A stretch of DNA of 64,000 nucleotides, taken from contig OZ245015.1 in assembly GCA_965223705.1 (NCBI GenBank), forward strand, positions 1,024,001-1,088,000. The letters are read 5' to 3'. The notes under the pieces are model-generated. The model did not search any database. It had not been told where the DNA came from and worked only from the letters and a program-made list of their open reading frames with translations. Below, piece by piece: positions 33,738 through 43,720 of the stretch (position 1 is its first letter; every line of letters begins with the position of its first letter). The position numbers and the translations under genes are program-made. This stretch comes from Myxococcota bacterium (lineage in GTDB: Bacteria; Myxococcota_A; UBA9160; UBA6930).

Positions 33738-35345
33738 GTGGAAACTGAGCAGGGTCTCGCACTCCCCGATATCCGGGCAATCGTAAAGCGGCGCTGGGCA
33801 GTCGCCGGTTGGATCTTGCTCTGTACAACGCTCGGTGCGGTTCTCCTGGCGGCGCTTCTGCCGAATCGTTTTGAGAGCTCGAGCATGCTCTTGATTGAAC
33901 CGCAAACGATCTCTAGACGACTAATCGAAGCCGGGCTGGAAGAGAGCGACGTCAACAACAGGCTGCATCTAATGACAGCCGAGATCCTCTCTCGCTCTCG
34001 ACTATCTCGAGTCATTGATGATCTCGAACTCTACGCGGAAGAATCCGAACGGCTCACCCGTGAAGAAGTGATCGCGCTCATGCGCGAGGATATCCGTGTC
34101 GAGCCTGTTCTTCCGGAGATGGATCCAGCGTTCGGCCGTCGTCGAGACTTCGAAATCAGTACGTTTCGAATCTTTTTTCAAGCGGAACGTGCGAAAACAG
34201 CGGCCGCCGTGGCGAACCGGCTCGCATCGGACTTTGTAGACGAACACCTCAAAGAGCGGGTCGAACTATCGGAGGACACGACCGAGTTCGTAACCCGGGA
34301 GCTCAGTCGACTGACAACGCGCATTCGCGGGCTGGAAGATCAGATCGCGTCGATTAAAGCCGACAATCCAGGGCGCCTACCCGAGGACCTGAACTCGAAC
34401 CAGCGACTGTTGGAACGCTCTGTCGAAAATCTTCGCCTAGCGCGTAGGGACTTGGAGGTTGCCCAAAGCGACGAAGCTTTTTACCGCCAACAGGCCTTGT
34501 CAGGCTCAAGTATTCGCTCTTACGTCGACGAGTCGAGTCCATCCCGACGACTTCAGCTCCTCGAACTGCAGTTGGGTGAGTATCGATCCCGGGGATTCAC
34601 AGACAAACACCCGGATATCATCGCTACGGAACAGGAGATCGCGGCACTTAAGGAGGAGGTTGGAACGACTGAGGACGGCAAGGCTTTGTCCCCGATCCAA
34701 GCGAACGCCGAGGCGGAGGCGAATCGGGCATCAATCCGCGCGGCAGCCGCCCGCCAAGACATCGCGCGCCTGGAGTCGCAGATCGCTGAATACGAGAAGC
34801 GAATCGCGCTGACTCCACGGGTCGCCGAGAGACTCGCGTCACTCGAGCGTGAGCGCGACCACCTCGCCGAGAGCTACCGCGATTTTTCGGCCCGGCAACT
34901 CGAGGCTGAAGTCGCTAAGGAGATGGAACTCGGACAGAAGGGTGAGCAATTCAGAATCCTTGAAGAGGCTGTTGCTCCGCCGGAACCCGCATCTCCGAAC
35001 CGCCCATTGATTATCATTCTGGGTGTCTTTTTGGGTGTAGCCGCTGGGGCAGGTGCAACTTTACTTCTTGAAGCTACAGATAGCTCTTTCCACGGTCCGC
35101 ACGATTTGCAAGCCGACCTCAAGATCCCGGTCCTCGCTTCAATCCCGGCGATTGAGCTCGAGTCCGACATGATCTCGAACCGCCGCCGGCGAATAAAGCA
35201 CGCGTTCGCCGCCGCCGCCCTCGTCGCGATCGTGCTCACAGCCTCTATCGCCGGCAACTGGTACGTCAACGGCGTCCCCGGTTGGGTGAGCGCACTCACC
35301 CAGGGTGGTGCGCAAGAGACCGCTGCGTTGATCGGGGAGAGCTAG
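33738..35345 (+). CDS. Polysaccharide co-polymerase (Wzz/GumC/Wzc N-terminal type)
   Basis: N-term TM after KRRW, LPNRFES, ILSRSRL, coiled coils, FTDKHPDI, GEQFRILEEA..P..P.SPNR plus TM. Confidence 0.9.
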   Translation: METEQGLALPDIRAIVKRRWAVAGWILLCTTLGAVLLAALLPNRFESSSMLLIEPQTISRRLIEAGLEESDVNNRLHLMTAEILSRSRLSRVIDDLELYAEESERLTREEVIALMREDIRVEPVLPEMDPAFGRRRDFEISTFRIFFQAERAKTAAAVANRLASDFVDEHLKERVELSEDTTEFVTRELSRLTTRIRGLEDQIASIKADNPGRLPEDLNSNQRLLERSVENLRLARRDLEVAQSDEAFYRQQALSGSSIRSYVDESSPSRRLQLLELQLGEYRSRGFTDKHPDIIATEQEIAALKEEVGTTEDGKALSPIQANAEAEANRASIRAAAARQDIARLESQIAEYEKRIALTPRVAERLASLERERDHLAESYRDFSARQLEAEVAKEMELGQKGEQFRILEEAVAPPEPASPNRPLIIILGVFLGVAAGAGATLLLEATDSSFHGPHDLQADLKIPVLASIPAIELESDMISNRRRRIKHAFAAAALVAIVLTASIAGNWYVNGVPGWVSALTQGGAQETAALIGES

Positions 35346-35347
35346 CG

Positions 35348-36259
35348 GTGTACGAGGAGTTCTACGGGCTGGTTCGCCCCCCCTTCGAGATGACGCCGGA
35401 TCCGGGGTTTCTCGTGATGGGCGACGTGCACCGGGAAGGACTCGCGACTCTCGTCTACGGCGTGCGCGCACGCAAAGGCTTCGTCTTGCTGACCGGCGAG
35501 GTCGGTACCGGCAAGACGACGCTCCTACACGCTCTGCTCGGCCAGCTCGATCAGGACACCGCTTCGGCGTTTATCTTCAACCCGCGACTCGAGCCGCTCG
35601 ATTTCTTCCGGATGGTGTTCGACGAGTACGGGCTCGAGGACAAGTGCGAGACGAAGGCGGAATACCTCCTCGCGCTGAACCGTTTCTTGATCTCGCGTCT
35701 CGAGCAGAACCTGGGGACGCTCCTCATCATCGACGAGGCGCAGAACTTGTCGCCCGAGATGCTCGAGGAGGTGCGGCTGCTTTCGAACCTCGAGACGCCG
35801 CACTCGAAGCTGATCCAGATCATGCTCGTCGGGCAGCCGGAGCTTTGGCAGATCCTGGCGCGGCCGGACCTTCGGCAGCTTCGTCAGCGCATCGTGTTGC
35901 GTCACGATTTGAAGGCATTCAACCTCGAGGAGACGCAAAACTATGTCGATGAGCGCCTCCGTCTGGCAGGCTACACAGGCAAAGGGTTGTTCAAGCGGTC
36001 GGCGCTCAAGGCGATTCAGGAAGCGAGCGGGGGGATTCCCCGTCTCATCAACGCGATTTGCGACAGCGCGCTGCTCTTGGGGTTTGCCCGCGAAGAATTG
36101 ACGCTCGGGTCCGGGGCCATCGCCGAGGTCGTCGCCGATTTGGGGATCAGCGCCTCGGGTGAGCCGGCTCTCGAGCCGCCGCCGGCAACTCCGAGCGGAA
36201 CAGCGCGTAAAGAGCGCAAACGAGGCTTCAACTTCTTCCGCTCAAGGCGCAAGGGCTAG
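35348..36259 (+). CDS. ExeA/GspA-like AAA ATPase (exosortase-system-associated)
   Basis: YEEFYGL..PFEMTPDP, GEVGTGKTT, IIDEAQNL, LVGQPEL, QLRQRI, SGGIPRLIN. Confidence 0.9.
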   Translation: MYEEFYGLVRPPFEMTPDPGFLVMGDVHREGLATLVYGVRARKGFVLLTGEVGTGKTTLLHALLGQLDQDTASAFIFNPRLEPLDFFRMVFDEYGLEDKCETKAEYLLALNRFLISRLEQNLGTLLIIDEAQNLSPEMLEEVRLLSNLETPHSKLIQIMLVGQPELWQILARPDLRQLRQRIVLRHDLKAFNLEETQNYVDERLRLAGYTGKGLFKRSALKAIQEASGGIPRLINAICDSALLLGFAREELTLGSGAIAEVVADLGISASGEPALEPPPATPSGTARKERKRGFNFFRSRRKG

Positions 36260-36278
36260 ACACCCGAAACGGGGTCCT

Positions 36279-37169
36279 ATGGGCAAGGTCTACGAAGCAC
36301 TGAAGCGCGCCGAGGAGCAGCGCAGCAAGCTGCGCGCGAATCGTGCGGGCGGTGCGGCGGAGGCCCTCTCGCCGGCACACGAGCGCGAACTGCCGCCGCT
36401 CGAGCCGGAGCGGCCGGGCGGTGCGGCGCCAGCGAAGACCGAGAAGGCGGGTAAGGGGCATCTCTCTCGACCCGATCGAAGCGAGCAGCGCCTCTCGGAA
36501 GAAACGGGGGCGCTCAACAAGCGCCGCATTTCTCTGCTGCATCCCGACAGCTTCGTGGCCGAGCAGTTTCGGAGCTTGCGTACGCGTCTCGAATCGATCG
36601 CGGCACAGCAGCCGCTCCGCACCATCGCGGTGACGAGCGCGTTGCCGGCCGAGGGCAAGACGACGTCCGCCGTCAACCTCGCGTTGGTGACGGCCATGAG
36701 CCTCAAGTCGCGCGTCATTCTGGTGGATTGCGATTTGCGCGAGCCGACGGTCCATCGTTCGCTCGGCATTCACGCGCGGGTCGGCCTCGGCGAAGTGCTT
36801 TCGGAAAGCGCGGAAATCAACGACGCGGTGACGCGGGTCTATGACACGGGCCTCGACGTGATGCCGGTGGCGAACCGCCCGCCGAACCCTTCGGAGCTCC
36901 TCTCCTCGGGACGCATGCACGACATCCTCGAGCAGCTCGCGGCGAGCTACGACCGCGTGATCCTCGACGTGCCGCCGACGCTGGGCCTTCCCGACGCGAA
37001 AGTCATCAGCGAGCTCTGTGACGGCGTCGTCTTTGTGGTGCGGGCCGACGAAACGCCCCGCGAAGAGGTGCGGGCGGCACTCGAAATTCTCGATCGACGA
37101 CGGGTACTGGGCTTGGTGCTGAACTGGACGCGCACGAAGCCGGATCACTACGGCTACTACGGGCGGTAG
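36279..37169 (+). CDS. Bacterial tyrosine kinase (CpsD/CapB family)
   Basis: MGKVYEALKRA, EQFRSLRT, Walker A ALPAEGKT, LVDCDLR, ILDVPP, C-terminal Tyr cluster HYGYYGR. Confidence 0.92.
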   Translation: MGKVYEALKRAEEQRSKLRANRAGGAAEALSPAHERELPPLEPERPGGAAPAKTEKAGKGHLSRPDRSEQRLSEETGALNKRRISLLHPDSFVAEQFRSLRTRLESIAAQQPLRTIAVTSALPAEGKTTSAVNLALVTAMSLKSRVILVDCDLREPTVHRSLGIHARVGLGEVLSESAEINDAVTRVYDTGLDVMPVANRPPNPSELLSSGRMHDILEQLAASYDRVILDVPPTLGLPDAKVISELCDGVVFVVRADETPREEVRAALEILDRRRVLGLVLNWTRTKPDHYGYYGR

Positions 37170-37177
37170 GAGCTCCG

Positions 37178-38284
37178 TTGAGTCCCTGGATCGGAATCGC
37201 TGCGCTCGCGGTCGCGGGGCTCGTCGCCGCTGTTGCGACGCCACTTGTGATGCGCGCGGCGCGGGTCATCGGCGCCGTCGACAAACCCAACGAACGCAAG
37301 GTCAGCCGCCGCGACGGAATGCCTCTCCTCGGCGGGCTAGCCGTTGCGTGCGGGTTCTTCGTGGCGGTCTCGATGATCGTTCTCTTCGCCGAGAAGGGCG
37401 AGCTCGCGAGCCACGTCGAGGCCTACATCCTGGGCGGCATCATCCTGCTGGGGATCGGCGTCTGGGACGACCGCTTCAGCTTGAACGCGTTCGAGAAGAT
37501 CGGCCCTCAGGTGGTCGCGGCGTTGATCGCGATCGCACTGGACTTCCGCATCGATCACTTGACCGACCCGTTCAGCCGCGCGATCTGGGCGTTCCCGGAT
37601 TGGCTGACGTGGATCGTGACACTGGTGTGGATCGTCGGCGTGACGAACGCGTTCAACTTGATCGACGGGCTCGACGGTCTCGCCACGGGGGTCGGGGCGA
37701 TCATTTGCGCGACGCTCGCGCTGATTGCGTTCCAGGCGAACCAGATGACGGCCGTGTTGGTCGGGCTCGCGCTCTTCGGCGCTTTGCTGGGCTTCCTCCC
37801 GTTCAACTTCTCTCCGGCGAGAATTTTTCTCGGCGATACGGGCTCGCTCTTCATCGGCTACACCCTGGCGCTCCTCTCCCTCGAGTCGTACGCGAAAGCG
37901 ACGGTCCTGACGTTCCTCGTCCCGCTCCTGGTGCTGGCCGTGCCGATCATCGATACGGGCATGTCCATCGCGCGCCGCGTGCGGCAGAAGCGGCCGATCT
38001 TTTCCGCCGATCGCCTGCACATGCACCACCGCCTGCTCGAATCCGAGGGAACCCATCGCCGCGCAGTGCTCTCGCTGTATTTCCTCACCGCGTGCTTCTG
38101 CATCATCGCGATCTCCTTTACGCGCCTCGAGGGGTGGGCCGCGCTCGTCTTCCTGGGGCTGGTCGTGCTGCTGACGCTCCGTCTCCTTCGCAACTTGGGC
38201 TTCTTCGAGCTGCCGGACAAACCCGCATCCGCCGCGCCCGGGGAAGAAGCGGACACTCCGGCGCATCCCGCAAAGCCTCGTTAG
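37178..38284 (+). CDS. Undecaprenyl-phosphate GlcNAc-1-phosphate transferase (WecA/TagO, MraY family)
   Basis: VDKPNERK, PLLGGLA, GVWDD, TNAFNLIDGLDGLA, FNFSPARIFLGDTGS, DRLHMHHRL. Confidence 0.92.
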   Translation: MSPWIGIAALAVAGLVAAVATPLVMRAARVIGAVDKPNERKVSRRDGMPLLGGLAVACGFFVAVSMIVLFAEKGELASHVEAYILGGIILLGIGVWDDRFSLNAFEKIGPQVVAALIAIALDFRIDHLTDPFSRAIWAFPDWLTWIVTLVWIVGVTNAFNLIDGLDGLATGVGAIICATLALIAFQANQMTAVLVGLALFGALLGFLPFNFSPARIFLGDTGSLFIGYTLALLSLESYAKATVLTFLVPLLVLAVPIIDTGMSIARRVRQKRPIFSADRLHMHHRLLESEGTHRRAVLSLYFLTACFCIIAISFTRLEGWAALVFLGLVVLLTLRLLRNLGFFELPDKPASAAPGEEADTPAHPAKPR

Positions 38285-38293
38285 ATTCACGCG

Positions 38294-39295
38294 ATGGGAG
38301 AGGCAGGCCGCGCGCTGATCACCGGCATCACCGGGCAAGACGGGTCGTATCTCGCCGATCTCCTCCTCGACAAGGGCTACGAGGTCCACGGCATCGTGCG
38401 GCGCTCGAGCACCGAGAGCTTCGAGCGCATCGCGCACCTCGACGGGGCGCTCGATCGCGGCGACCTGACGCTCCATCAAGCCGACCTCCTCGACGAGAGT
38501 TCGCTGGTGCGGGTGCTGAAGCGCGTCTCGCCGGGTGAGGTCTATAACCTCGCTGCACAGTCGTTCGTTCCGACGTCGTGGGAAGAACCGTCGCTCACGG
38601 GGGAGTTCACGGCGCTCGGGGTGACCCGCATGCTCGAGGCGATCCGCTTCGTCGACCCGGACGTGCGCTTCTACCAGGCATCGAGCTCGGAGATGTTCGG
38701 CAACGTCAGCGAGACGCCGCAGCACGAAGGCACGCCGTTCTACCCGCGCAGCCCGTACGGCGTGGCGAAGGTCTACGGTCACCACATCACGGTCAACTAC
38801 CGCGAGAGCTTCGGGCTCTTCGCCGTCTCCGGCATCCTCTTCAACCACGAATCGCCGCGGCGCGGCCGAGAGTTCGTGACCCGCAAGATCAGCGAAGGGG
38901 TGGCCAAGGTCGCACTCGGCTTGGCGGATCATCTCGCACTCGGCAATCTCGATGCCCGGCGCGATTGGGGCTACGCGCCGGAATACGTCGACGCGATGTG
39001 GCGGATGCTGCGGCACGCGAAGCCCGACAACTTCGTCGTCGGCACCGGCGAGCAGCACTCACCGCGAGAGTTCGTCGAGATCGCCGCGGCTCACGTCGGG
39101 CTCGATCCCGCGGATTTCGTGCGGACCGACCCCAGCCTGATGCGCCCGGCCGAAGTCGATAGCCTGCTCGCAAACCCGGCGAAGGCCGATCGCGAGCTCG
39201 GCTGGAAGCCCACCACGAGCTTTCCCGACCTCGTGCGGATCATGGTCGAGGCCGATCTCGAGGCGCTCGAACGACAAACTGGCCGCCGCCGCTAG
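38294..39295 (+). CDS. gmd: GDP-mannose 4,6-dehydratase
   Basis: ALITGITGQDGSYLA, YNLAAQSFV, YQASSSEMFG, PRSPYGVAK, GILFNHESPRRG..FVTRKI, RDWG. Confidence 0.96.
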   Translation: MGEAGRALITGITGQDGSYLADLLLDKGYEVHGIVRRSSTESFERIAHLDGALDRGDLTLHQADLLDESSLVRVLKRVSPGEVYNLAAQSFVPTSWEEPSLTGEFTALGVTRMLEAIRFVDPDVRFYQASSSEMFGNVSETPQHEGTPFYPRSPYGVAKVYGHHITVNYRESFGLFAVSGILFNHESPRRGREFVTRKISEGVAKVALGLADHLALGNLDARRDWGYAPEYVDAMWRMLRHAKPDNFVVGTGEQHSPREFVEIAAAHVGLDPADFVRTDPSLMRPAEVDSLLANPAKADRELGWKPTTSFPDLVRIMVEADLEALERQTGRRR

Positions 39296-39363
39296 TTTCG
39301 ATAAAAAGACCCATCGCGACATGCATCGCGTCGAATTTGCCACGCGAACGCGCGTCCAACGAC

Positions 39364-39391
39364 TCAAGCGCCGCGCCGGGAAGGCCGACGA
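39364..39391 (+). promoter_or_regulatory. Putative sigma28-type promoter for epimerase-ugd-manC
   Basis: TCAA-N16-GCCGACGA. Confidence 0.55.
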
Positions 39392-39406
39392 ACACCGAGG
39401 GGGGAC

Positions 39407-40399
39407 GTGCGCACCGTGCCGAATCCGGATTCCGGGACACATCGATACCGAACTGCACTGGTGACCGGCGGGGCCGGCTTTATCGGCAGCCACATCGTGG
39501 ATCGGCTCCTGGCCGAGAGGCTCGCCGTCCGCGTCCTGGACGATTTTTCGAGCGGGCGGGAAGAAAACCTCGCCCGCTCGCGAAGCCGGATCGAGCTCTT
39601 TCGCGGGGATCTCCGCGATGAGGCCTTGCTGACCCGCGCCATCGAGGGGTGCGACGTCGTGTTTCACGAAGCGGCGGTTCCTTCGGTGCCGCGAAGCGTC
39701 GAAGAGCCGCTGCGCACGAACAGCGTCAACGTAAATGGGACCCTGTCGCTCCTTGAAACCGCGCGTCACGCAGGCGTGTCGCGGGTGGTCTTCGCGGCGA
39801 GCTCTTCCGCATACGGCGATACGTCGGAGCTCCCGAAGCGCGAGTCGATGCCGCCGACGCCGCTCTCGCCCTACGCGCTGCAAAAGTTCGCCGGCGAAGC
39901 GTACTGCCGGCTCTACACCGAGCTCTACGGGCTCGAAACCGTCGCGCTCCGCTACTTCAACGTGTACGGCCCGCGGCAGAACCCGGAGAGCGAGTACGCC
40001 GCGGTGATTCCGAAGTTCGCGGTGGCCGCGATCGAGGGAAAATCGCCCATCGTCTACGGCGACGGCGGCCAGACTCGGGATTTCACGTACGTCGCCGACG
40101 CTGTCGAAGCGAACTGGCTCGCCGCGACGGCGCCCGGCGCACCCGGGCGCGTGCTGAATGTCGCCAGCGGTCGGCGCACGAGCTTGAACGAGCTGCTCCA
40201 CAAAATCGCTGAAATCGTCGGCTCTGACGTTTCAGCGACCTACGCCGACGCGCGCGTCGGCGACGTTCGCGACAGCCTCGCGAGCCTCGATCTCGCGGAA
40301 CAACACTTGGGCTACCGTCCGGCGGTGTCCCTCGCAGAAGGCTTGCGAGAGACCGTGAACTACTTTCGGAAGGAGCGGGACGCGGCGCCTCAGGCGTAG
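39407..40399 (+). CDS. NAD-dependent nucleotide-sugar epimerase (WbpP/GalE-like)
   Basis: LVTGGAGFIGSH, SVPRSV, YALQK (YxxxK), LRYFNVYGPRQ, GDGGQTRDF. Confidence 0.92.
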   Translation: MRTVPNPDSGTHRYRTALVTGGAGFIGSHIVDRLLAERLAVRVLDDFSSGREENLARSRSRIELFRGDLRDEALLTRAIEGCDVVFHEAAVPSVPRSVEEPLRTNSVNVNGTLSLLETARHAGVSRVVFAASSSAYGDTSELPKRESMPPTPLSPYALQKFAGEAYCRLYTELYGLETVALRYFNVYGPRQNPESEYAAVIPKFAVAAIEGKSPIVYGDGGQTRDFTYVADAVEANWLAATAPGAPGRVLNVASGRRTSLNELLHKIAEIVGSDVSATYADARVGDVRDSLASLDLAEQHLGYRPAVSLAEGLRETVNYFRKERDAAPQA

Positions 40400-40435
40400 C
40401 GCAGCCTCGCTCGGGCTCCCTCGCGGAGGGGTTTT

Positions 40436-41749
40436 GTGAATATCTGTGTCGTCGGCACCGGGTACGTCGGTCTCGTCACCGGCGCGTGTTTCGCCGAATT
40501 TGGCGTCTCCGTCGTCTGCGCCGACAAGGATACCGGCAAGATCGAGGGCCTCGGCCGCGGTGAGATGCCGATCTTCGAGCCGGGGCTCGACGTCCTCGTC
40601 GAACGCAACGTGTCCCAGGGGCGCCTGGCCTTTACGACCGACACCGCGGAAGCGGTGCGCCAAGCGCTCGTCGTGTTCATCGCCGTCGGCACGCCGCCGC
40701 AGGACGACGGCGCCACCGACCTGCGGGCCGTCGAGGCCGTCGCGCGAGAGATCGGTCGATCGATGGACAGCTACAAGGTCGTCGTGACAAAGAGCACGGT
40801 GCCCGTCGGAACGTCCTACAAGGTCCGCGGCTGGATCGAGGAAGAGCTCGAGCGCGCCGGACGAGCGTGCGAGTTTTCGGTCGCCTCGAACCCCGAGTTC
40901 CTGCGCGAAGGCGCGGCGATCGGCGATTTCCAACGCCCGGATCGCGTCGTCATCGGCGCCGACGACGATGCGAGCATGGGCATCCTGAAAGATCTCTACC
41001 GCCCGCTGTTCTTGAACGAAACGCCTTTCGTCTTGACGAACATCCCGACGGCAGAGCTCACGAAGTACGCCGCGAACGCGTTCCTTGCGACGAAGATCTC
41101 CTTCATCAACGAAATCGCGAATCTCTGCGAGGCGGTGGGCGGCGACGTGCAGGCGGTCGCCCGTGGCATCGGGCTCGACGGGCGGATCGGCAAGAAGTTC
41201 CTCCACGCCGGGCCGGGCTTCGGCGGCTCGTGCTTCCCGAAAGACACGCTGTCCGCCGCTCACTTCGCACGCGAGGCCGGCGTCGAGTTGCAGATCGTCG
41301 AAGCGACGATCCGGGTCAACGCGGCGCAGCGCGAGCGCATGGTCGCGAAGATCGAGGCGGCGCTCGACGGAAGTGTTTCGGGTAAGCGCCTGTGTGTGCT
41401 CGGCTTGTCCTTCAAGCCCGAGACCGACGACGTGCGCGACGCCCCGGCGATCGATATCGCAAATCAGCTGGTTCGCCGCGGCGCGACGCTTCAGGTCTTC
41501 GACCCCGTGGCGATGGCGAACGCGGCAGAGCGCCTCGATCCCGACGTAGCGTTCTGCAAAGACGCGTACGAAGCCGCGATCGATTGCGATGCCGTCATCA
41601 TCGCGACGGAGTGGAACCAGTTCCGCATGCTCGATCTGGCGAGGCTCGGTGAGAAGATGCGCGAGCGCATCATGATCGATTTGCGCAACGTCTACGAACA
41701 CAACGTCGCGACCCGCGCCGGCTTCCAGTACCTGGGCGTCGGTCGCTGA
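40436..41749 (+). CDS. ugd: UDP-glucose/GDP-mannose 6-dehydrogenase
   Basis: VVGTGYVGL, IAVGTP, KSTVPVG, SNPEFLREG, GFGGSCFPKD, LSFKPETDDVR. Confidence 0.92.
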   Translation: MNICVVGTGYVGLVTGACFAEFGVSVVCADKDTGKIEGLGRGEMPIFEPGLDVLVERNVSQGRLAFTTDTAEAVRQALVVFIAVGTPPQDDGATDLRAVEAVAREIGRSMDSYKVVVTKSTVPVGTSYKVRGWIEEELERAGRACEFSVASNPEFLREGAAIGDFQRPDRVVIGADDDASMGILKDLYRPLFLNETPFVLTNIPTAELTKYAANAFLATKISFINEIANLCEAVGGDVQAVARGIGLDGRIGKKFLHAGPGFGGSCFPKDTLSAAHFAREAGVELQIVEATIRVNAAQRERMVAKIEAALDGSVSGKRLCVLGLSFKPETDDVRDAPAIDIANQLVRRGATLQVFDPVAMANAAERLDPDVAFCKDAYEAAIDCDAVIIATEWNQFRMLDLARLGEKMRERIMIDLRNVYEHNVATRAGFQYLGVGR

Positions 41750-41757
41750 GCGAACGC

Positions 41758-42870
41758 TTGCCGGCGATCCAAGCGAGCCTCCACGCCGTCATCTTGGCCG
41801 GCGGTGCCGGCGAGCGCTTCTGGCCTCGCTCTCGCGCGCACCACCCGAAGCCGCTCCTGCGCGTCGTCGACGGCGATACGCTCCTCGGCGCGACCGTTGC
41901 GCGCGCCAACGGCTTCGCCGAGCCGGACGCGGTGTGGCTCGTCTGCGGCCACGAACACGCGGCGGTGATGCGCCGCGCCGCCGGGTTGCCCGCGCGCCGC
42001 ACGTTGATCGAGCCCGCGCGGCGCAACACGGCGATGGCGGTGGGCGTCGCGGCGTATCGACTCCTCGCCCACGATCCGGATGCGGTGATGGTCGTGCTTC
42101 CGGCGGACCACCACATCCCGAGCAACCGTGCGTTCGCGGCCGCCATCCGGCGAGCGGCGCGGGCGGCCGCCCGAGAGGGTGTGCTGGTGACGCTGGGGAT
42201 CACCCCGACGCGTCCCGACACGGGCTACGGGTACATCCGGACCGGGAAGCCTGCCCCGGGTTACGCCGGGCTGGCCCGCGTTCGGCGCTTTGTCGAGAAA
42301 CCGTCCGCGAAGACCGCCGAGCGCTACCTCCGTTCCGGCGACTATCTCTGGAACGCAGGCATCTTTGTGTGGCGGGCCGACGCCATCGTCCGCGAAATCG
42401 AGCGATGCGCGCCGGAGTTGCACGCTGCGCTCGCGCCGATCCGCCGATGGGCGGCCGCTCCCCGCCGGAGCCCCCAGGGGAAGCTCGGTGCGTTCAAGAA
42501 TGTGATGCGCCGGGTTTATCGCGACGCTCCGTCACAGCCCATCGATACCGCTGTCCTGGAACGGAGCCGGCAGGTGTGGTGTCTACCCGTCCGTTTTCGT
42601 TGGAGTGATGTCGGTACCTGGGCCTCTCTCGCACAGGAATTGGGCGTTACGGAAAGTGTGAGCCGCGTCATAGCCGGCGAGGTCGAAATGAACGAATCAC
42701 GGGGGAACCTGGTTTGGGGTGATAAACGCCCAATCGTGCTTCTCGGCGTAGAGGGACTGGCTGTGATCGACACGGAAGACGCGCTGCTCGTGGCCAAGCT
42801 CGACGAGAGTCCCCAGATCAAGTCGACGGTCGCCCGGTTGCGCAAGAGCGGTCGACGCGATCTCCTTTAG
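41758..42870 (+). CDS. manC: Mannose-1-phosphate guanylyltransferase
   Basis: VILAGGAGERFWPRSR..PKP, EPARRNTA, LPADH, TGYGYI, FVEKP, WNAGIF, WSDVGTW. Confidence 0.92.
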   Translation: MPAIQASLHAVILAGGAGERFWPRSRAHHPKPLLRVVDGDTLLGATVARANGFAEPDAVWLVCGHEHAAVMRRAAGLPARRTLIEPARRNTAMAVGVAAYRLLAHDPDAVMVVLPADHHIPSNRAFAAAIRRAARAAAREGVLVTLGITPTRPDTGYGYIRTGKPAPGYAGLARVRRFVEKPSAKTAERYLRSGDYLWNAGIFVWRADAIVREIERCAPELHAALAPIRRWAAAPRRSPQGKLGAFKNVMRRVYRDAPSQPIDTAVLERSRQVWCLPVRFRWSDVGTWASLAQELGVTESVSRVIAGEVEMNESRGNLVWGDKRPIVLLGVEGLAVIDTEDALLVAKLDESPQIKSTVARLRKSGRRDLL

Positions 42871-42907
42871 CTCTGGCACATCACCCGACGAGGTGGGAGG
42901 CCCCCGA

Positions 42908-43618
42908 ATGACGAACGGACAGCGAAACCAAGTACAACGGACGGGCGATGCCCGCGAAACGCTCCGCGCGATCCCGCTCTTCGCCAAGATTTCGGACGAC
43001 GATCTCGACGAGATCGTTTCCCATCTGATCGAACGGCGTTACCCGCGCAACACGACGATTGTCGAAGAAGGCCTCGCGGGCGACTACATGTACATCATTC
43101 GCGAAGGGCGGGTGAAGGTTACGAAGCTGTCCGAAGACGGCCGCGAGAAGATCCTCGAATTTCTCGAAGAGGGATCCTTCGTCGGTGAGATGGCACTGCT
43201 CGAGCGCGCGCCGCGCTCGGCGTCGGTGAAGACGCTCACGCCGGTCCGTTTGCTGGCGCTCTCGCGAACCGATTTCGTCGGCACCTTGCGGCGCAGCCCC
43301 GATCTCGCACTGTCCGTGATCGAAGTCCTCTGCAGCCGGCTGCGAACGCAGAACGATCAGGCGAGCGCGCTTTCTTTCCTCTCGGTGAAAGAGCGCACCC
43401 GCAACCTCCTCGAGCGGCTGGCGAAGGATCCGGCCAAAATTTCGGGCCGCGTGATCACGCCGCCGCTGACGCATCAGCAGATGGCGGACATGATCGGAAC
43501 CTCGCGCGAGACCGTGACCCGGGTCGTCAAGGAGCTGAAGAGCGGCGGTTGGCTCACCCAGGACGGCAAGCGCTACTTGATCCCCACGGACGACAAGGAC
43601 GATCCGCCGGGCTACTAG
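42908..43618 (+). CDS. Crp/Fnr family transcriptional regulator (cNMP-binding)
   Basis: GEMALL..PRSASV cNMP pocket; HTH THQQMADMIGTSRETVTR. Confidence 0.93.
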   Translation: MTNGQRNQVQRTGDARETLRAIPLFAKISDDDLDEIVSHLIERRYPRNTTIVEEGLAGDYMYIIREGRVKVTKLSEDGREKILEFLEEGSFVGEMALLERAPRSASVKTLTPVRLLALSRTDFVGTLRRSPDLALSVIEVLCSRLRTQNDQASALSFLSVKERTRNLLERLAKDPAKISGRVITPPLTHQQMADMIGTSRETVTRVVKELKSGGWLTQDGKRYLIPTDDKDDPPGY

Positions 43619-43685
43619 CCTGCGGTCCTGTTGCGCGTCGGTTGCGCATAGGGGATTCCCTCCAGCCGAGTTCCGATTTCGCAAC

Positions 43686-43713
43686 TCAGGCGGTCCGGGA
43701 GACCGTCCGATAA
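43686..43713 (+). promoter_or_regulatory. Putative sigma28-type promoter for the HK-RR-TPR operon
   Basis: TCAG-N16-TCCGATAA, 7 nt before GTG 43721. Confidence 0.5.
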
Positions 43714-43720
43714 CCGTCTC

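Larger units (their letters stand above)
12970..35345. other. Lower-GC variable surface-polysaccharide island
   Basis: Visibly more A/T-ending codons than the flanks from mid-rsmI to the end of the PCP gene. Judged by eye; boundaries approximate. Confidence 0.6.

Noticed and set aside
36242..36270. Additional sigma28-like site (TCAAG...CCCGAAAC) before the BY-kinase
   Set aside because: Spacer is 17 nt and the -10 match is poor; the -35 part lies in coding sequence.
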